A stretch of DNA of 63,032 bases, filler included, from Choristocarpus tenellus KU-1152 (Eukaryota; Protista; Phaeophyceae): the NCBI GenBank assembly GCA_964200185.2. It is 11 parts of 11 records of this genome, joined end to end, with 100 filler letters (N's around TTAATTAATTAA, not from the genome) between each part and the next. Parts side by side here need not be neighbours in the genome. Positions count along the whole stretch, not along the records: positions 20,271 to 27,992 come from CAXNAD020005684.1; positions 28,093 to 30,906 come from CAXNAD020024525.1; positions 31,007 to 38,209 come from CAXNAD020006543.1; 8 more parts are not named here. One strand, 5' to 3'. Of this stretch, positions 25,424 to 37,514 are shown in pieces; position 1 is the stretch's first letter; every line of letters begins with the position of its first letter. Below the pieces are notes generated by a model, which saw only the letters and a list, made by a program, of their open reading frames with translations, did no database searches and was not told the origin of the DNA. Position numbers and translations under genes: made by a program.

Positions 25424-27789
25424 TATATAGTGTTCGTCCAGCTTATTGTTGGTCTCTGTTGGTCTCTGCTAGTTGCTCCTGTTCGTGTATGGGGTCGCCT
25501 CGCTTGCACTGCTAGGATAAGAAGGATACACTTATTCTTGTTGTTAATAAGCTAATAATTAAAAACCAGGTTCCACAGATCGAGGCACTCGGAAAGCGCC
25601 TCGGTAGCTCAGTTGGTTGGACTGTGCGACTGAAGCTCCTAAGGCCATGTGTTCGATTCACATTCGAAGCATTCTTTGTTACACGAATATGTTCACTAAC
25701 GTTTGACACTGGTTTTCATCGCCGAGATCGTTCTTCATGCGTAGCACTACGACCGTTTATTTCCTTAAATGCGGAGTGTAGTTTGGTGTATATCAACAAT
25801 ATTATGTAAGCTGTACAGACTATGTTATTGTATTGGTTGTGTTGCCTGCCTTGTACCAAGTATGTTGGTTCTACTCCACGCAAGATATATCAATGAGTAA
25901 CAAGTATGTCGTGTTACTCTTCTGCTACTTGTATATCGATATTATATATTTCATTTTGCAGATAGATTTTGTCATGGAGGGGACAAGGACCAACAAACAA
26001 GAGGATATAACAAGCACGTTGTTATTATTTTTATATTTTTATTAGTTAGTATGTACTACAAATACATCATAATTATGTTCAATAGTCTATTTTGTTGATG
26101 TTGTTTCACTTCAGTCTTACGAAGCACTACATCAGCCCTACCTATCCCTGACCCATGGTCAAAGGTAATCCACACTACCCAACTATCATCAACTACAACT
26201 ACTTGCATATTCAAAATAAACCTTGATTCCAACTCACGTGTTGAGTTAGCCACAGCACTGCTTGTCTCTTCTGTACCTCTGTACCTCCTTCGAACCCTGT
26301 GCATTTCTCACCTTGGCTGGATTGAAGTATCATCACAGTTCATGTTCTACAAATTATGTTCTACAAATTATGTTCTACTAATTATGTTCTACAAATTGTG
26401 TTCTACAAATTATTTTTTTGTCTGTTTATTGACAGAAAAAAAGAGAGTGCAGGTGTACCGTTCTGTTGTGCTTGGCACATCATCCGTTGGAACCAGACTT
26501 CCCCTTATAAAAAAAAATAAACAAGTCTGATCTTGAACCGGTTTTGAATCTGTGCATTCAGTTGAAGGAACTTAAAGGACGCTCACAGTGCATACTCTCT
26601 GTGTAAGAAATTTATCTAAGAAATTTATCATACTCTCTGTGTAAGAGAAATTTACGTAAGAAATTTATCCCTGAACTAGGGTCGAAAGAAAAGAAAGATG
26701 TGACAGGCAAGGACACTCCTTATACACGTATATACGTCTCCGTTTGTGATTGGCTGGAACGTGCATGTTCTACCTTGTACATATTATGTGCACATTATGT
26801 TACTGTAAAGAATTGAAGGTGATCACTCTCGACCATTGGGTCTACAACGCTTTGAAAGGCGTTTATGTATGTTGTACGTGAGATTTTATTTTGTTTAGTG
26901 TAATGTCGGATGTTCTGCATGTTTCAACGTACATGTTTTCATGTTTTGGTGAGGGTCCCTACATGTCAATGTTCAATGTACATGTTTTGGTGAGGGTCCC
27001 TACATGTCAATGTTCAACGTACATGCTTTGGTGAGGGTCCCTACATGTCAATGTTCAACGTACATGTTTTGGTGAGGGTCCCTACATGTCAATGTTCAAC
27101 GTACATGTTTTGGTGAGGGTCCCTACATGTCAATGTTCAACGTACATGCTTTGGTGAGGGTCCCTACATGTCAATGTTCAACGTACATGCTTTCGAGCTG
27201 CGCAGTATGGGCGTGCTTGATCAATTGCAGGTTTTGACAGGTTAAATCAATTGCAAGATGACTGATGACATGTCTTGTCATTTCAAGTGTTTGGACTGGT
27301 CCGTGTTGTGTCTGTCCATAGTGAGCTCTTCTATTTCCATGTTAGCTTTAATTTGATTGTCTTTTGATTGTCTTTTTATTGTAATTTGATTGTAATTTGA
27401 TTGTAATTTGATTGTCTTTTGATTGTAATTTGATAGTCGTACGAGAGGGGTGTTGGGCCTCTCCTTGATTGAAACAAGGACGCCATTAACGTCATTGTCA
27501 GGACTGAGCTTTGTTTCAATCAAGGAGAGGCCACTGTCAAGATCACTCTCAAGCTCGTTGTGTCCATACTTCCCCAGTGTCAATGGTAGTTTGACAAATT
27601 GTTGTATTGTGCAAATGCTAATATTGATGCCTCCTCATGTCACCCACCCGCTTGCTCCTGCTGTTACCATGCTACCCTTCAGGCAAGCTTATCCTACTGC
27701 TCCTCTCCTTTGCTAGTGTCTCTGCGAGCTACGTGGTGCACCAGGGGCTAGCCTCAGGAAACGTTTCAGGGTTTCTTCTCCTTGTTCAG
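23803..27789 (+). CDS. ATP13A1: P5A-type ATPase (ATP13A1/Spf1-like), partial, 2 exons (end of actuator domain and following TM helix)
   Basis: Exons ~23803-23924 and 27683-27789 join in phase 1: IDGGCLCFVLRTGFYSFQGDLRRMIDFGSDGALRANSKDAGKLILLLLSFASVSASYVVHQGLASGNVSGFLLLVQ. This parallels the ATP13A1 sequence as I recall it, [45 protein letters not shown]..G. The second exon appears to end at a GC donor. A possible upstream exon ends at 20357 and would give SPIDGGC. Confidence 0.82.
24450..24486. repeat. Interstitial telomere-type repeat (TAACCC)6
   Basis: Direct observation. Shorter TTAGGG/CCCTAA tracts at ~8926, 14851, 15773, 20420, 21843, 23168 and elsewhere. Confidence 0.9.
24817..24861. 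repeat. (AG)n microsatellite
   Basis: Direct observation. (GTTCTGGTT)n at ~25000-25045 and (TACA)n at ~25360-25416 are in the same intron. Confidence 0.9.
25598..25671 (+). pseudogene. tRNA-Phe(GAA) pseudogene or tRNA-derived element
   Basis: GCCTCGG TAGCTCAGTTGG (A box) ... CTGAAG anticodon loop ... ATGTG TTCGATT CACAT (intact T arm, B box) TCGAAGCA. Mismatches in the acceptor, D and anticodon stems. Confidence 0.75.
26341..26413. repeat. 14-bp minisatellite (TTATGTTCTACAAA) x5
   Basis: Direct observation. Confidence 0.9.
26923..27192. repeat. 41-bp minisatellite (GTACATGTTTTGGTGAGGGTCCCTACATGTCAATGTTCAAC), about 6 copies
   Basis: Head-to-tail copies with no spacers. Confidence 0.95.
27442..27550. 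ncRNA. Candidate intronic pre-miRNA-like hairpin
   Basis: 27456-27477 is the exact reverse complement of 27511-27532 (22 bp), with a ~30-nt loop and an imperfect lower stem (GAGAG/CTCTC). Confidence 0.4.
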
Positions 27790-28113
27790 GCGTGTCCTGC
27801 TTTTGCATTGATGATCTATCTGTGCATGTTTTTCGTTTGTGCGTCATTATTTTTTTTTTTCACAGCTTTTTTTGTCCGTTATTTTTTATTTATTTTACAT
27901 TTCCTTTTCTTGAAACAAAATGGTGGTGTTCTCCGTTATACATTCATACACTTACATATACATACGTACATACGTACATACATACATACATANNNNNNNN
28001 NNNNNNNNNNNNNNNNNNNNNNNNNNNNNNNNNNNNTTAATTAATTAANNNNNNNNNNNNNNNNNNNNNNNNNNNNNNNNNNNNNNNNNNNNCATCTTCT
28101 AACAACATGATTG

Positions 28114-28190
28114 CCAAATTACATCAAAATTGCAACATTGGATTTTGGCCCCCAAATGGACGCGACTCTACCCTCTAAGATACTTCAACT
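28114..28190. mobile_element. Diverged end of the poly-G TIR MITE family
   Basis: TTGGCCCCCAAATGGAC...CCCTCTAAGATACTTCAAC matches the family terminus. Confidence 0.55.
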
Positions 28191-29860
28191 CCCATGTCCC
28201 TACACTTCCGCTGGTGGTCAACAATCGACCGACGGCGTTGTCTGATACACAGGGCTGCCGCCTCGTCACTGTCCCTCTTGTTCTCTCTCGAAGTTGGTTG
28301 ACACCCTCCTCAATCTCGTCCTCTGTCATGTACGACCCTAGTTGAGGGGGTAAAGATTTTTCGTCATCGTCCGGGAGGTAGTACACTGAGTAAATGTATG
28401 TCCCTGAACCATCTACGTGAACATTGCTGAACTTACCCTGTACGATGGCCCCCCCACTCGCGTGTAGGATGAAGCTGGTTCCTCAACCGAACCTGGCGTG
28501 GGATGTGTCCCCAAGTCTGAGTTGCCTAGAGAAGCGAGCAGGTATCCCACCGAGGGATTGCTGCTTGGATTCCGAGGTGAACCTCGGATATTGACCAGGT
28601 AGGATCGTGAATGTATTGTCCAGGTGGTTGTGGTAGATGTCTGTGAAGTCTGGGATAATGATAACCTGAAGGGGTACGGCGCGGGGACCGGGTTGTGTGT
28701 CCTGTATCACCACAAATATGTTCGTTGCAGAGGCTGTGTTGGTGTGTAGGACTATTGGCATGTGTTTGCGCGTGATGGCCTTGTTTGGTTGTATAGGGGT
28801 GTTGTTTGTTATCTTTTTGAGAAACGGATAGTTTTATGTATGATAGGGGATCCACTTAGGCAGCGAAATAATTGAATGGGATACGCTTATTTGCCCTACG
28901 TAACTTTAAATATTATGTGAAAGGTGTCAGTGGCGGTTGCAGATTAGGAGAACAAAATGACACTGGTTTGGATGTCCGGATTGGACGTAATGGGAGGAAT
29001 TTATTTGGGTTAGAGGGGATATAAGGGGATATGTGACATCTGTACATGGACAGCGTGGATTCATTCGTGTGGAGCATTGTTCTCTTAGAAGCAATAAGAA
29101 GCGTTTCTCACCTTGTCCGTCCATGACATGTTAATAGTTGGCACTCCATCAACAAAGCTAGCACTCAGCACCTCAAAGTCTTCAGTGACAAAAGACGTTG
29201 AGTGACTGACAGAAGAGGTTGAAACGTTGATGTAACCCCGTCATCGCCTATTTCAACATCGGGAGCGATGCTGATGAGGGTTGATTTGTATACCTGGCGG
29301 GTGTGATCGGTGCTAAGATCTTTCTTTACACATTCTAGGACTGTCACTTGGAGATCAGGTGTGGATCCGCATTGTTCCCGAGCCAGCACAACTCGTAATG
29401 CACTCGTCAATGGTGAAAATCTGCTTTTCTCGTCCAAAAACCAAGAGGCAAGGTCGTTCCAAGTGCAGCCGCTTCCTTCCATATCTTCTGGACCATTGTG
29501 GTTGACAAACATGGAGAGGAAGAGAGGTCCATGATCTGGTCCGTTTGGGATTTCTTCTATACGAACGAGCGGCACTGATCTTGGGCAGTCTCTTTAGTTC
29601 CCGTTTCCTGAGTGGGATTCTTCAAACGAGGTTACAACATGAATTGGTGGGTTTGTTTCCCTTTGACATAGTGATCGATCTTGATGATGCGAACATAGTT
29701 AATACTGCCACTTTGTTCGGGCGAAGGAGCTTGCACAATTTTTTGTCACGAGTGTTCCGTGGAGTACGGCCATGTTGGACGACACCCCACATTGAAAGCG
29801 TAGAGAAGGGTGTGTTGGATACATCGAGAACCGAAACCGCCCCGATTAGAATATCCTGAA
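28190..29860 (-). pseudogene. Decayed or unknown coding region (frames 29575-29165 and 28761-28168)
   Basis: 28761-28483 and 28386-28168 are one frame broken by a single TGA. Composition is protein-like but I recognise no family. Confidence 0.35.
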
Positions 29861-30256
29861 AAGGTGTGCATCGCGTATGTGGTCACTCGTGAACCACATC
29901 AAAAAGGTCATGAATACATACCATGAAGCATGTAGGACGAAGTGGATTAAGGTAGTTTATCGAACGGTGTAGAGTGTGTGTTTTGATCTGACTTTTTGGG
30001 GGAAACAGTTGACAAATGTTTGGTGGGTGTCGCCCCAGATAATATTGGCGTATGCATATACTACAATTGACGTGTTCTGTCAAACGGTAACCTATTGTGT
30101 AGGATGGGTTTTGTGGTGGAAGGGATACTGAATGTTTCATGTGGTATCGGTCAATACATATCCCAGTGCACATACCATTGTATGTGCCTCTTTCTCTACA
30201 CAGGGGATATAAGATTGCGATTGAGTTTTGTGGAAAGTTGAGGACGATGGATTGGA

Positions 30257-30790
30257 GGCGTGTGACTTCAAATAAGCTGGTATACGGACAGCCGCAACTT
30301 TTGCCATGCTTTGTTGTATGATAAAACATGGAAAAAATGCATGAGGTGTGTGGCCTGAAAAAAATTGGTATATGGACCGCCACAACTTTCGTCGAACTTA
30401 GTTGTAGGACAAAGTACGGCAAAAATGACATGATGCGTGTGGCTTCAAATAAGCTGGTATATGGACAGCCGCAACCTTTGCAATACTTTGTCGTACGGTA
30501 AAGTATGGAAAAAATGACAAGAGGCGTGTGACTTGAAAAACGTTGATACATCGACCGCCGAAACTTTCGCCACACTTTGTCGTAGGACAAAGTACGGCAA
30601 AAATGACATGATGCGTTTTGCTTCAAATAAGTTGGTATGTGGACAGCCGCAACTTTTGCCATACTTTGTTGTACGGTAAAGCATGGCAAAAAAGACATTA
30701 GGCGTGTGGCTTGAAAAAGGTTGGTGTGTAGACCGACGAAAATTTTTGCCAAACTTTGTCGTACGGTAAAGTATGGCAAAAATGACATGA
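30257..30790. repeat. Satellite: six ~89-bp monomers arranged as three 178-bp A-B dimers
   Basis: Monomer starts at 30257, 30345, 30434, 30523, 30612, 30701. Alternate monomers share diagnostic bases (CTTCAAATAAG/GGACAGCCGCAAC versus TGAAAAA/GACCG). Confidence 0.92.
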
Positions 30791-30816
30791 GGCAAGCGGA
30801 TGAAGGAAGAGCAAAA

Positions 30817-30906
30817 GGGTCAAAGTATCTGAGGGGGGGTGTCGGCGTCCGTTTTTTACCCTTTTTTCGATTCTCACTTTTTTGGTGTGATTTGGTCGCA
30901 CATGTC
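30817..30906. mobile_element. MITE family terminus, subfamily 2 (GGGTCAAAGTATCTGAGGGGGGGTGTCGGCGTCC)
   Basis: Near reverse complement of 49577-49648; shares the TIR with the other copies. Confidence 0.75.
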
Positions 30907-31069
30907 NNNNNNNNNNNNNNNNNNNNNNNNNNNNNNNNNNNNNNNNNNNNTTAATTAATTAANNNNNNNNNNNNNNNNNNNNNNNNNNNNNNNNNNNNNN
31001 NNNNNNCGAGGGTACGTTCGTGGCAGGTTTCTGTGGGATGTGTTATGTCGCCGGTGTGAGGCGAGGGAG

Positions 31070-31232
31070 CTGGGGGAGGGGCTGGCTACACCAGGGTGTC
31101 CATTTAGACCAAAACCAGGAAAAGTGCACTTTCATTGTCCATCCGATGTATGGAACCAAATCACACAAAAATCAAGACGTGAAAAAATTGGCCCCAAATG
31201 GACAGTCATCACCCCCCCAGATACTTTGAGCC
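31070..31232. mobile_element. MITE family copy
   Basis: CTACACCAGGGTGTCCATT...CCAGGAAAAGTGCACTT...GGCCCCAAATGGACAG...CCCCCAGATACTTTGAGCC. Confidence 0.8.
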
Positions 31233-31831
31233 TGTAGTACCAAAGAGAAAGCATTGCATTGCTTACATTGTTATTTTGAGTGTCATCATAGAAGGAATAG
31301 AGTGTTCCAATATGTCTCAGTGGGATCAAGTGTAATGCGTTGCACATTCAAGAATCTATAACTCATTCAATGAGTTCATGTTTGTGCCTCAGGTACTTGG
31401 CACTTGAAACTTTGAAGCATATGCACTCTTCCCCTCCTACCAGTCTTCTCACATGGAGTACAACCTAAAATATACATCATACGGCAATCTATGTAGGGTG
31501 TCATAATACCTTGATCATTGCTATCTTACAGATTTGCACGTCGTTCTTAAGCCTCTTCAATGCAAAATGTTGTCAGTAGTTTCACAATATTCACTCGAAC
31601 TGCACTGCCCCCCACTACAAATGCTTGGACTACCATGCAGTTCTAGAGGTTTTCGTGTGTTCAGAATAAATTCGTTAAAATCATCCTTGTGGATTGGATT
31701 AAATGTCAAAAAGTGATATCTCTACAAGTCAGAAATATCGATAAGACACCAATTTGGGCTAGAGTTAGGAAAATATACAATATCCCACTATGGAGCATAT
31801 TTTGCTGACCCTGCTACCACTACATTGCCAG

Positions 31832-31942
31832 GTAGATCCTGTGGTTAAACCCCTACTGCAGCGACTACTGGTGGCCCGTCCAAAAAATGTTGCTGAGTTT
31901 GTAATGCAAGACCTGCTGGAGGAGAAGAAGAGAGCAGATTAG
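31832..31942 (+). pseudogene. Exon-like segment encoding a Dpy-30/RIIa-type dimerisation-docking motif, followed by decayed coding sequence
   Basis: After a CAG acceptor: VDPVVKPLLQRLLVARPKNVAEFVMQDLLEEKKRAD*, fitting the V.P.L..LL...RP.....F....L pattern. Confidence 0.4.
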
Positions 31943-34900
31943 AACATTCGTATTGATAATTTGAAATAACCTGTTCGCTTTGATCTATGTGGAGGGCTAA
32001 CCAAGGAAAGAGATCCCCCTGCTCGAGTTAAACAAGTCCTGCTCCCATTATTTTAAGTCTCCAGAACCAGCTCTGCAGATTTCAAAATGCGATAACAGAC
32101 TTCATTGGCAAATGCGGCTCAGCAAAGTAATCAGATGGAAGCATCTGAGAGAAACAACTAATGCAAAAGTAGTCCAGAGGTTAGAGGATGTACCTTGGTG
32201 GCACATTAGAATAACAACCAATGGTTTGACAATGAGAAAACATTACAACACCGTTTCTGTATCGCATACAAAGAATGGCCAGGTATTAATGTATGTAGAA
32301 GGGGACAACTTCCATTGCAAGCTAATGCAAACACGCTGCCACATAGTTTCCTAGAATCATCTGTGGCCAACCCTGTGGTTCATGACCGTGAGAGTCATAC
32401 CTACAGATTTGTTGAAGGTAAAGATTGTATCCACTAACCTCTTTAACAAAGCATGTCTGGCAAACATAATGGGAGATAGACTCAAGGTATCTGAACTTCT
32501 TCAGCCTGTGAAGAACCGTTTTCTAAGGACAAATAGGTTTGTTCTTGTGTATTCCCAGCACCCAACAAATTTAGACCACTCTTACAAAATAGAAACAATC
32601 GATAAAGATACCATCCGCCAGAATATGCTGTCAAAATTTTCGTTATTCGTATCATGACCATACAGATTATTATGGCAAAATATTTCTACGAGTCAAAATA
32701 TTTTGTTCACGCAATTGAACTAAGTCCAAATTTCCACATTCAAAATCCTTTCAAGTCACATTATGTGATACTAATAAAACAAACATGAGTTTCCTTGTCA
32801 CAAGAGTATTTCTACGCAAATAGCATTCCCTATGATCAGTGTATTTCTTGGCATCCATACAGCAACTACAGCATCATCAATGATTAATTCGCCACACTGC
32901 CCACTATTGTATACTTGGAGTATATATTGGTACATAGTATTATTATTGTAGAGATTGAAGTGATATCTCGTTCAAATCGTTATGCTTCTCTTACGACGTA
33001 GAGTTCGAGTCAAAGTGCAATGCGAAACCATCTGGTCCGTACTTCATACTCTGGACTATTTTCACCTTCATTCGAATGTAGAAGGCTAGAGAGATAAGTG
33101 AAGGAACACAATTTAGCACTCCAGTACTCTTCATGTACATACGAAATTATTTCAGTGTCTTGGAAGTTAACATATCAGAACTGAGAATATGTTCTTCCCA
33201 CCCACAGTGCAAGAACGTCTCATGGCAATATCACCCAGACACAATATCTTTAGTCATGGCCTATGTATCTCTTACAGAAGATGTGACGATAGCATATTGG
33301 ATGGGATCCACACAAAGAGTCTCAGCCTCTGCAGACAAGGGTATGGGCTTGGAATTGGTATTAATTTATTTTGAGGAACGGAATCCATAAAACTATGATA
33401 TTATATTAAAAGCACTCACCGCGAGTCTTACAGTCATTTCTGTACAATGATTGAGAGTAAACTACGACCTGCAAGAGACCGTAGCAAGCTCCGTGGGAAT
33501 GAACGGAGGAGGAATATAACTATTTATATTCCCTCAACAGGTACTCGAGCCTTTCGTCAGTACATGTAACATGCAAAAGGTAGTTGGTTGCAACATACGT
33601 AGTGATTGTAAGTGCCTGCAAACTAAGTAATCAAGCTCCTGGAGTCTAATATATTCCTGCTACCCGCTTGGGGCTTTGTTCAGGCCAGTGTTTAAGCGGA
33701 TGTATGTTTAGTTTGCCGGTCATTCCCTTTTCCATCCACACAAGGTCATCAGTATGAGGAAGGGACGGCATCAGAAAATTTACCGCTGACGGAATACTCT
33801 CTGGTACATTCCTCTTAGCAGTCGGTAGTTGGACATATATACCACCAATGGTTTCTTGCATGGTCACACCATACGCCAACGAAACCGCAAACCTGGTTCA
33901 GAGCCAAAGTAACCAAGAGGGGAGAGGTGTTTTGACCGTTTCAAGTTGCAATATTTTCTTTTAACTGTTTGGAGAAGGTGAAGGTATTCCAAGAAAAGGC
34001 ATCGATAAAGATGAATTGCTTCAGCAAACTGAGTAGTACTCTCAAAACAGAAAAAAATGCGTTCTACAGCTGCTAACTGTGTGCTCCACAAAACTTGTGC
34101 CATCAAAAAGTCAGAGGGGCCCTTGAACTCAGGAACACCCCCTCTAATTTGGTTTGATCATCTCAGGTTCTATACTCTTATTGATGTAAATGCTATTCAC
34201 GCCATTCTAAAATCCTTTTTTTCTGGTTGTCCTTTCTTCAGCGTGAGGACTGACTATAGCGTTCCTACCCAAGGTCAGAGGTACGGCACACTCTGCTACT
34301 TCTCAAACTAGAGTAAATTTAAATGGTTGTTACACTACGCCTAATTTTACTGCCTCCGTTCGTGCCTTGCTTGTATGGGTTAGGTTCAACAATCCCGTCA
34401 CGGAGGAGTTGTAGTTTCACCTTCTCTCCTTAAATCTCCTTGTTGTGCTTGAACCTGTCTCCATCTTGTTCCACCTTGACCTTAAGTACTCTGTACTACT
34501 ATTATACTACTATATAATAGTACATAGTACTGAGTGTGTGCCTGTAGGAACTGACGTACATGAGAGGAGAAAAAAAATTACTTGTGCATAGTGTACCATT
34601 TTGGTCCGTGATCGAGTGCCTGATGATCGTTCGAAGAAAAATGTGAGGACCACTCTATCCGCAGAAATTGGGGACTTGCATGGCAGACATACAATTTACT
34701 CTGGCCTCTACTTCAAAGTACTTGTTGCCTTCTACAGTATAATTGCAGGAAGTTGTACCGAAAAAACAAAGTTGGTATGGTGCCATTAAAAACAAGGTAC
34801 CATAATATAATTAAGACTAAATCGTTCCCCTGATTTAAATTGGTAGTACTAAATTGTGTTGTAAATCTCGATAGCTCAATAAGATTCAACTCAACTTATT

Positions 34901-37514
34901 GGACTAACCCAATACCAAACTGAACAAGTGTAGTCTTGTTCGGAGGGTTTTTTCATAATACAAGCACAAATAGTGCTGAACGTCCCAGGTCGCAGAGCCG
35001 CACGAACTATTAATTGTGCGATGGTCAAAAGGTGTCACTACCTATAGAACAACTCACTACACATTTGCGACTTGAGATCTGCCTGAGACCTGTGAAGGCT
35101 CTGGGTCTCAAGGGTTTGAGGATCCATCTGCCAGCAGTGTCTTCCTACTTGTGGATCCGTAATGTATTCCATACTACCATGAACGTGAACTTGTAACCAA
35201 TATAGATCTGTGTTGGTTGTGATGTACATACCTTCTCTCACTAAGTGACATCTCAAACAATGCTGTATGACCATGCAGCGTAGTCATAGAAGATGCGTAA
35301 TTTGATCATAATGAAAACACGTTCACTCTTCACAGTCAAACCCGCACACACACATATTCTTCAACCTTCCTTAAAAGAAACCAAGACATGAACCAACGAC
35401 AATGAGGCTCAAATACTACAGGAGAATACACTTGCGGACATGAGAAAAGCGCTGGAAAGAGTGTAGACAAAATCTCGGGTTTCTGAAGGATCTCAGTTCA
35501 AACAAGAGAGTTTTTTTCTTTGGGGTGTACGCGTCACTCGACGACATGCGCGCGTTTCGCATGCGTCGCCTTGTCCGCCAACAGCTCATTCGAATTAATT
35601 TTATTTTATCTCTCCTATCAAAAAATTAAATTAAAAAAAATGGTATATTCTCTTGGTTCGCAACACCAGAAATTGGAGGTGTCGAAGGCAATGCCACTGG
35701 CAGAATATTGCATGCCATCGATTATCTTCTACGTTTCTCATCATAAATCGGCAGCACTGAAGAGTGACAGGTATCGGTTGGAGGTGCGACGTAGTCAGAG
35801 TGGAAAGCACCCGACCCAGTATGGTGCTACACTACCCACAATTGAAGGTCGGGCTGCATTACTGTATGGGATGTGGAAGATGCTACGCATCCTATTATGC
35901 GTGCAAAAGGTCTACTTGTGCGGAGATGCGAGCTGTTTTTGTGGAGTGTGTAACCTCTCTATTCTGACGGGGAACTTCGTGGAGGGTAGAGACTGGACTC
36001 TGGTGTTGACTTCAAGTCCAGCCTTCAAACTCCAACACAAAGGTGCTTTTTGATCGTCAGATCATGCCCGTTTTCCGACAGGAAACAGCAACAATTGAAA
36101 ATATTGACCCCCCAAAATCATCTCTTCCAGCGGGGTTTTCCAACTCATAGGCAGCCTTTTGTTGATGTGGTGTGGTCACACAGTGCACACAGGGTCAGCA
36201 GGCAGGTACACCATCACTTACTCCTTCCAAGCGAATCAATAGGTCTGTTCCCCATCCCTACAATGCGGACGATTATGCTTTAGTACCTGATTGAGAAAGA
36301 GTCCAGAATAATATTTAATGATACGCATTGCATCAATTTTTTCCTCGGTAAGGTCCATCTGTATATGCTAGCGGGCTTATTGGGCTGACTATTTTCTTCG
36401 CCACATTTTATTCGATTTGTCCCCTTCCTACAACTATTTTTCGTATCGAGTTGTAGTATTGTGACATACAGGATAGTAGTGATGGGTTTAAAAGTTCATA
36501 ATTATGATTTTCATATTTGATAGGCAATAAAATCGATATGACATCATCTGATAGTAGTACAAAACATCACATCAAATAATGATATGATATGAAATTCTAA
36601 AACTTCAGGGCAAATAAACAGATCTTTCGGGATTTCTTCAAACTTCTAGAATGTTTTCTGTTGCAAGGGAACTGCAGTGCCTAAGAACGTGTGGATGGAA
36701 TGAGCGGATATATGGCTTCTAAATTCTTTCATGCGGGTATAACTGACGAAATTCACCCGCTGGTAGGATATATAGGTCAATAATCACAAAAAGTTAAATA
36801 ATTAATACCTTGTCACAAGAACTGTTTGAGTGCTTTGTATTGAAATAGATGATGCGTGTGCAAAAGAGTTGGAGGATCAGTCATCGCATAACCACTTCTG
36901 TGGGCCAGCACTTCTGTTAATAAGTTTTGCTTGGTATCTTGGCGAATGAGGGTCGGAATAGCCCGGTGCACAATGCACATATCTACACAAGGCTCTCCCC
37001 TGGGTGGATGTGATGGAGAGGGGTGGGTAAGTGCCTTCAAGTTTTTTGTGCTTCGAAGAATCCCTACCGTAAATACTGTTTATCAGCAAAAAGAGGCTGC
37101 TTGCTTCCTCACACTATAAGTAACATAATAATTGTACGAAGTTTGAACTCATCGATTCCATCCAATATACAGATACTGGGACTTAATCCAAAGTGAGATA
37201 AATAGGATGGTGACTGAGCATGACCAACGTTTCTGAAGTGTTCACTAGCGATGACCTCTACAACCCTGTGGCTCCATAGTAGGAAGAGGAGGACTAGGAA
37301 ACTCAAGCATAAGTAAATAATGTGGGTGAGTGGAGAGAGACCTCTGATGGTGATGAGAGCAACCAACAGCTCAGCATGACTATGCTCCTCAAGAAGGTGA
37401 CCAAGAATTCACAATAGATGGAGTGCCCTCCTTTAGAGATGGAATAAGAGAAGTGCCCAACAAGAGGACAGCAATGGAGACAAATGAAGATAAACTGCAA
37501 TACCAACTGAGGTA

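Noticed and set aside
26923-27192. 41-bp repeat as a CRISPR array
   Set aside because: Units are contiguous with no unique spacers, there are no cas genes, and the context is a eukaryotic intron. The same applies to the 17-, 24-, 27-, 33- and 89-bp arrays.
29883-30788. 301-aa minus-strand ORF with internal repeats
   Set aside because: Mostly translation of the 89/178-bp satellite; the unit length is not a multiple of 3.
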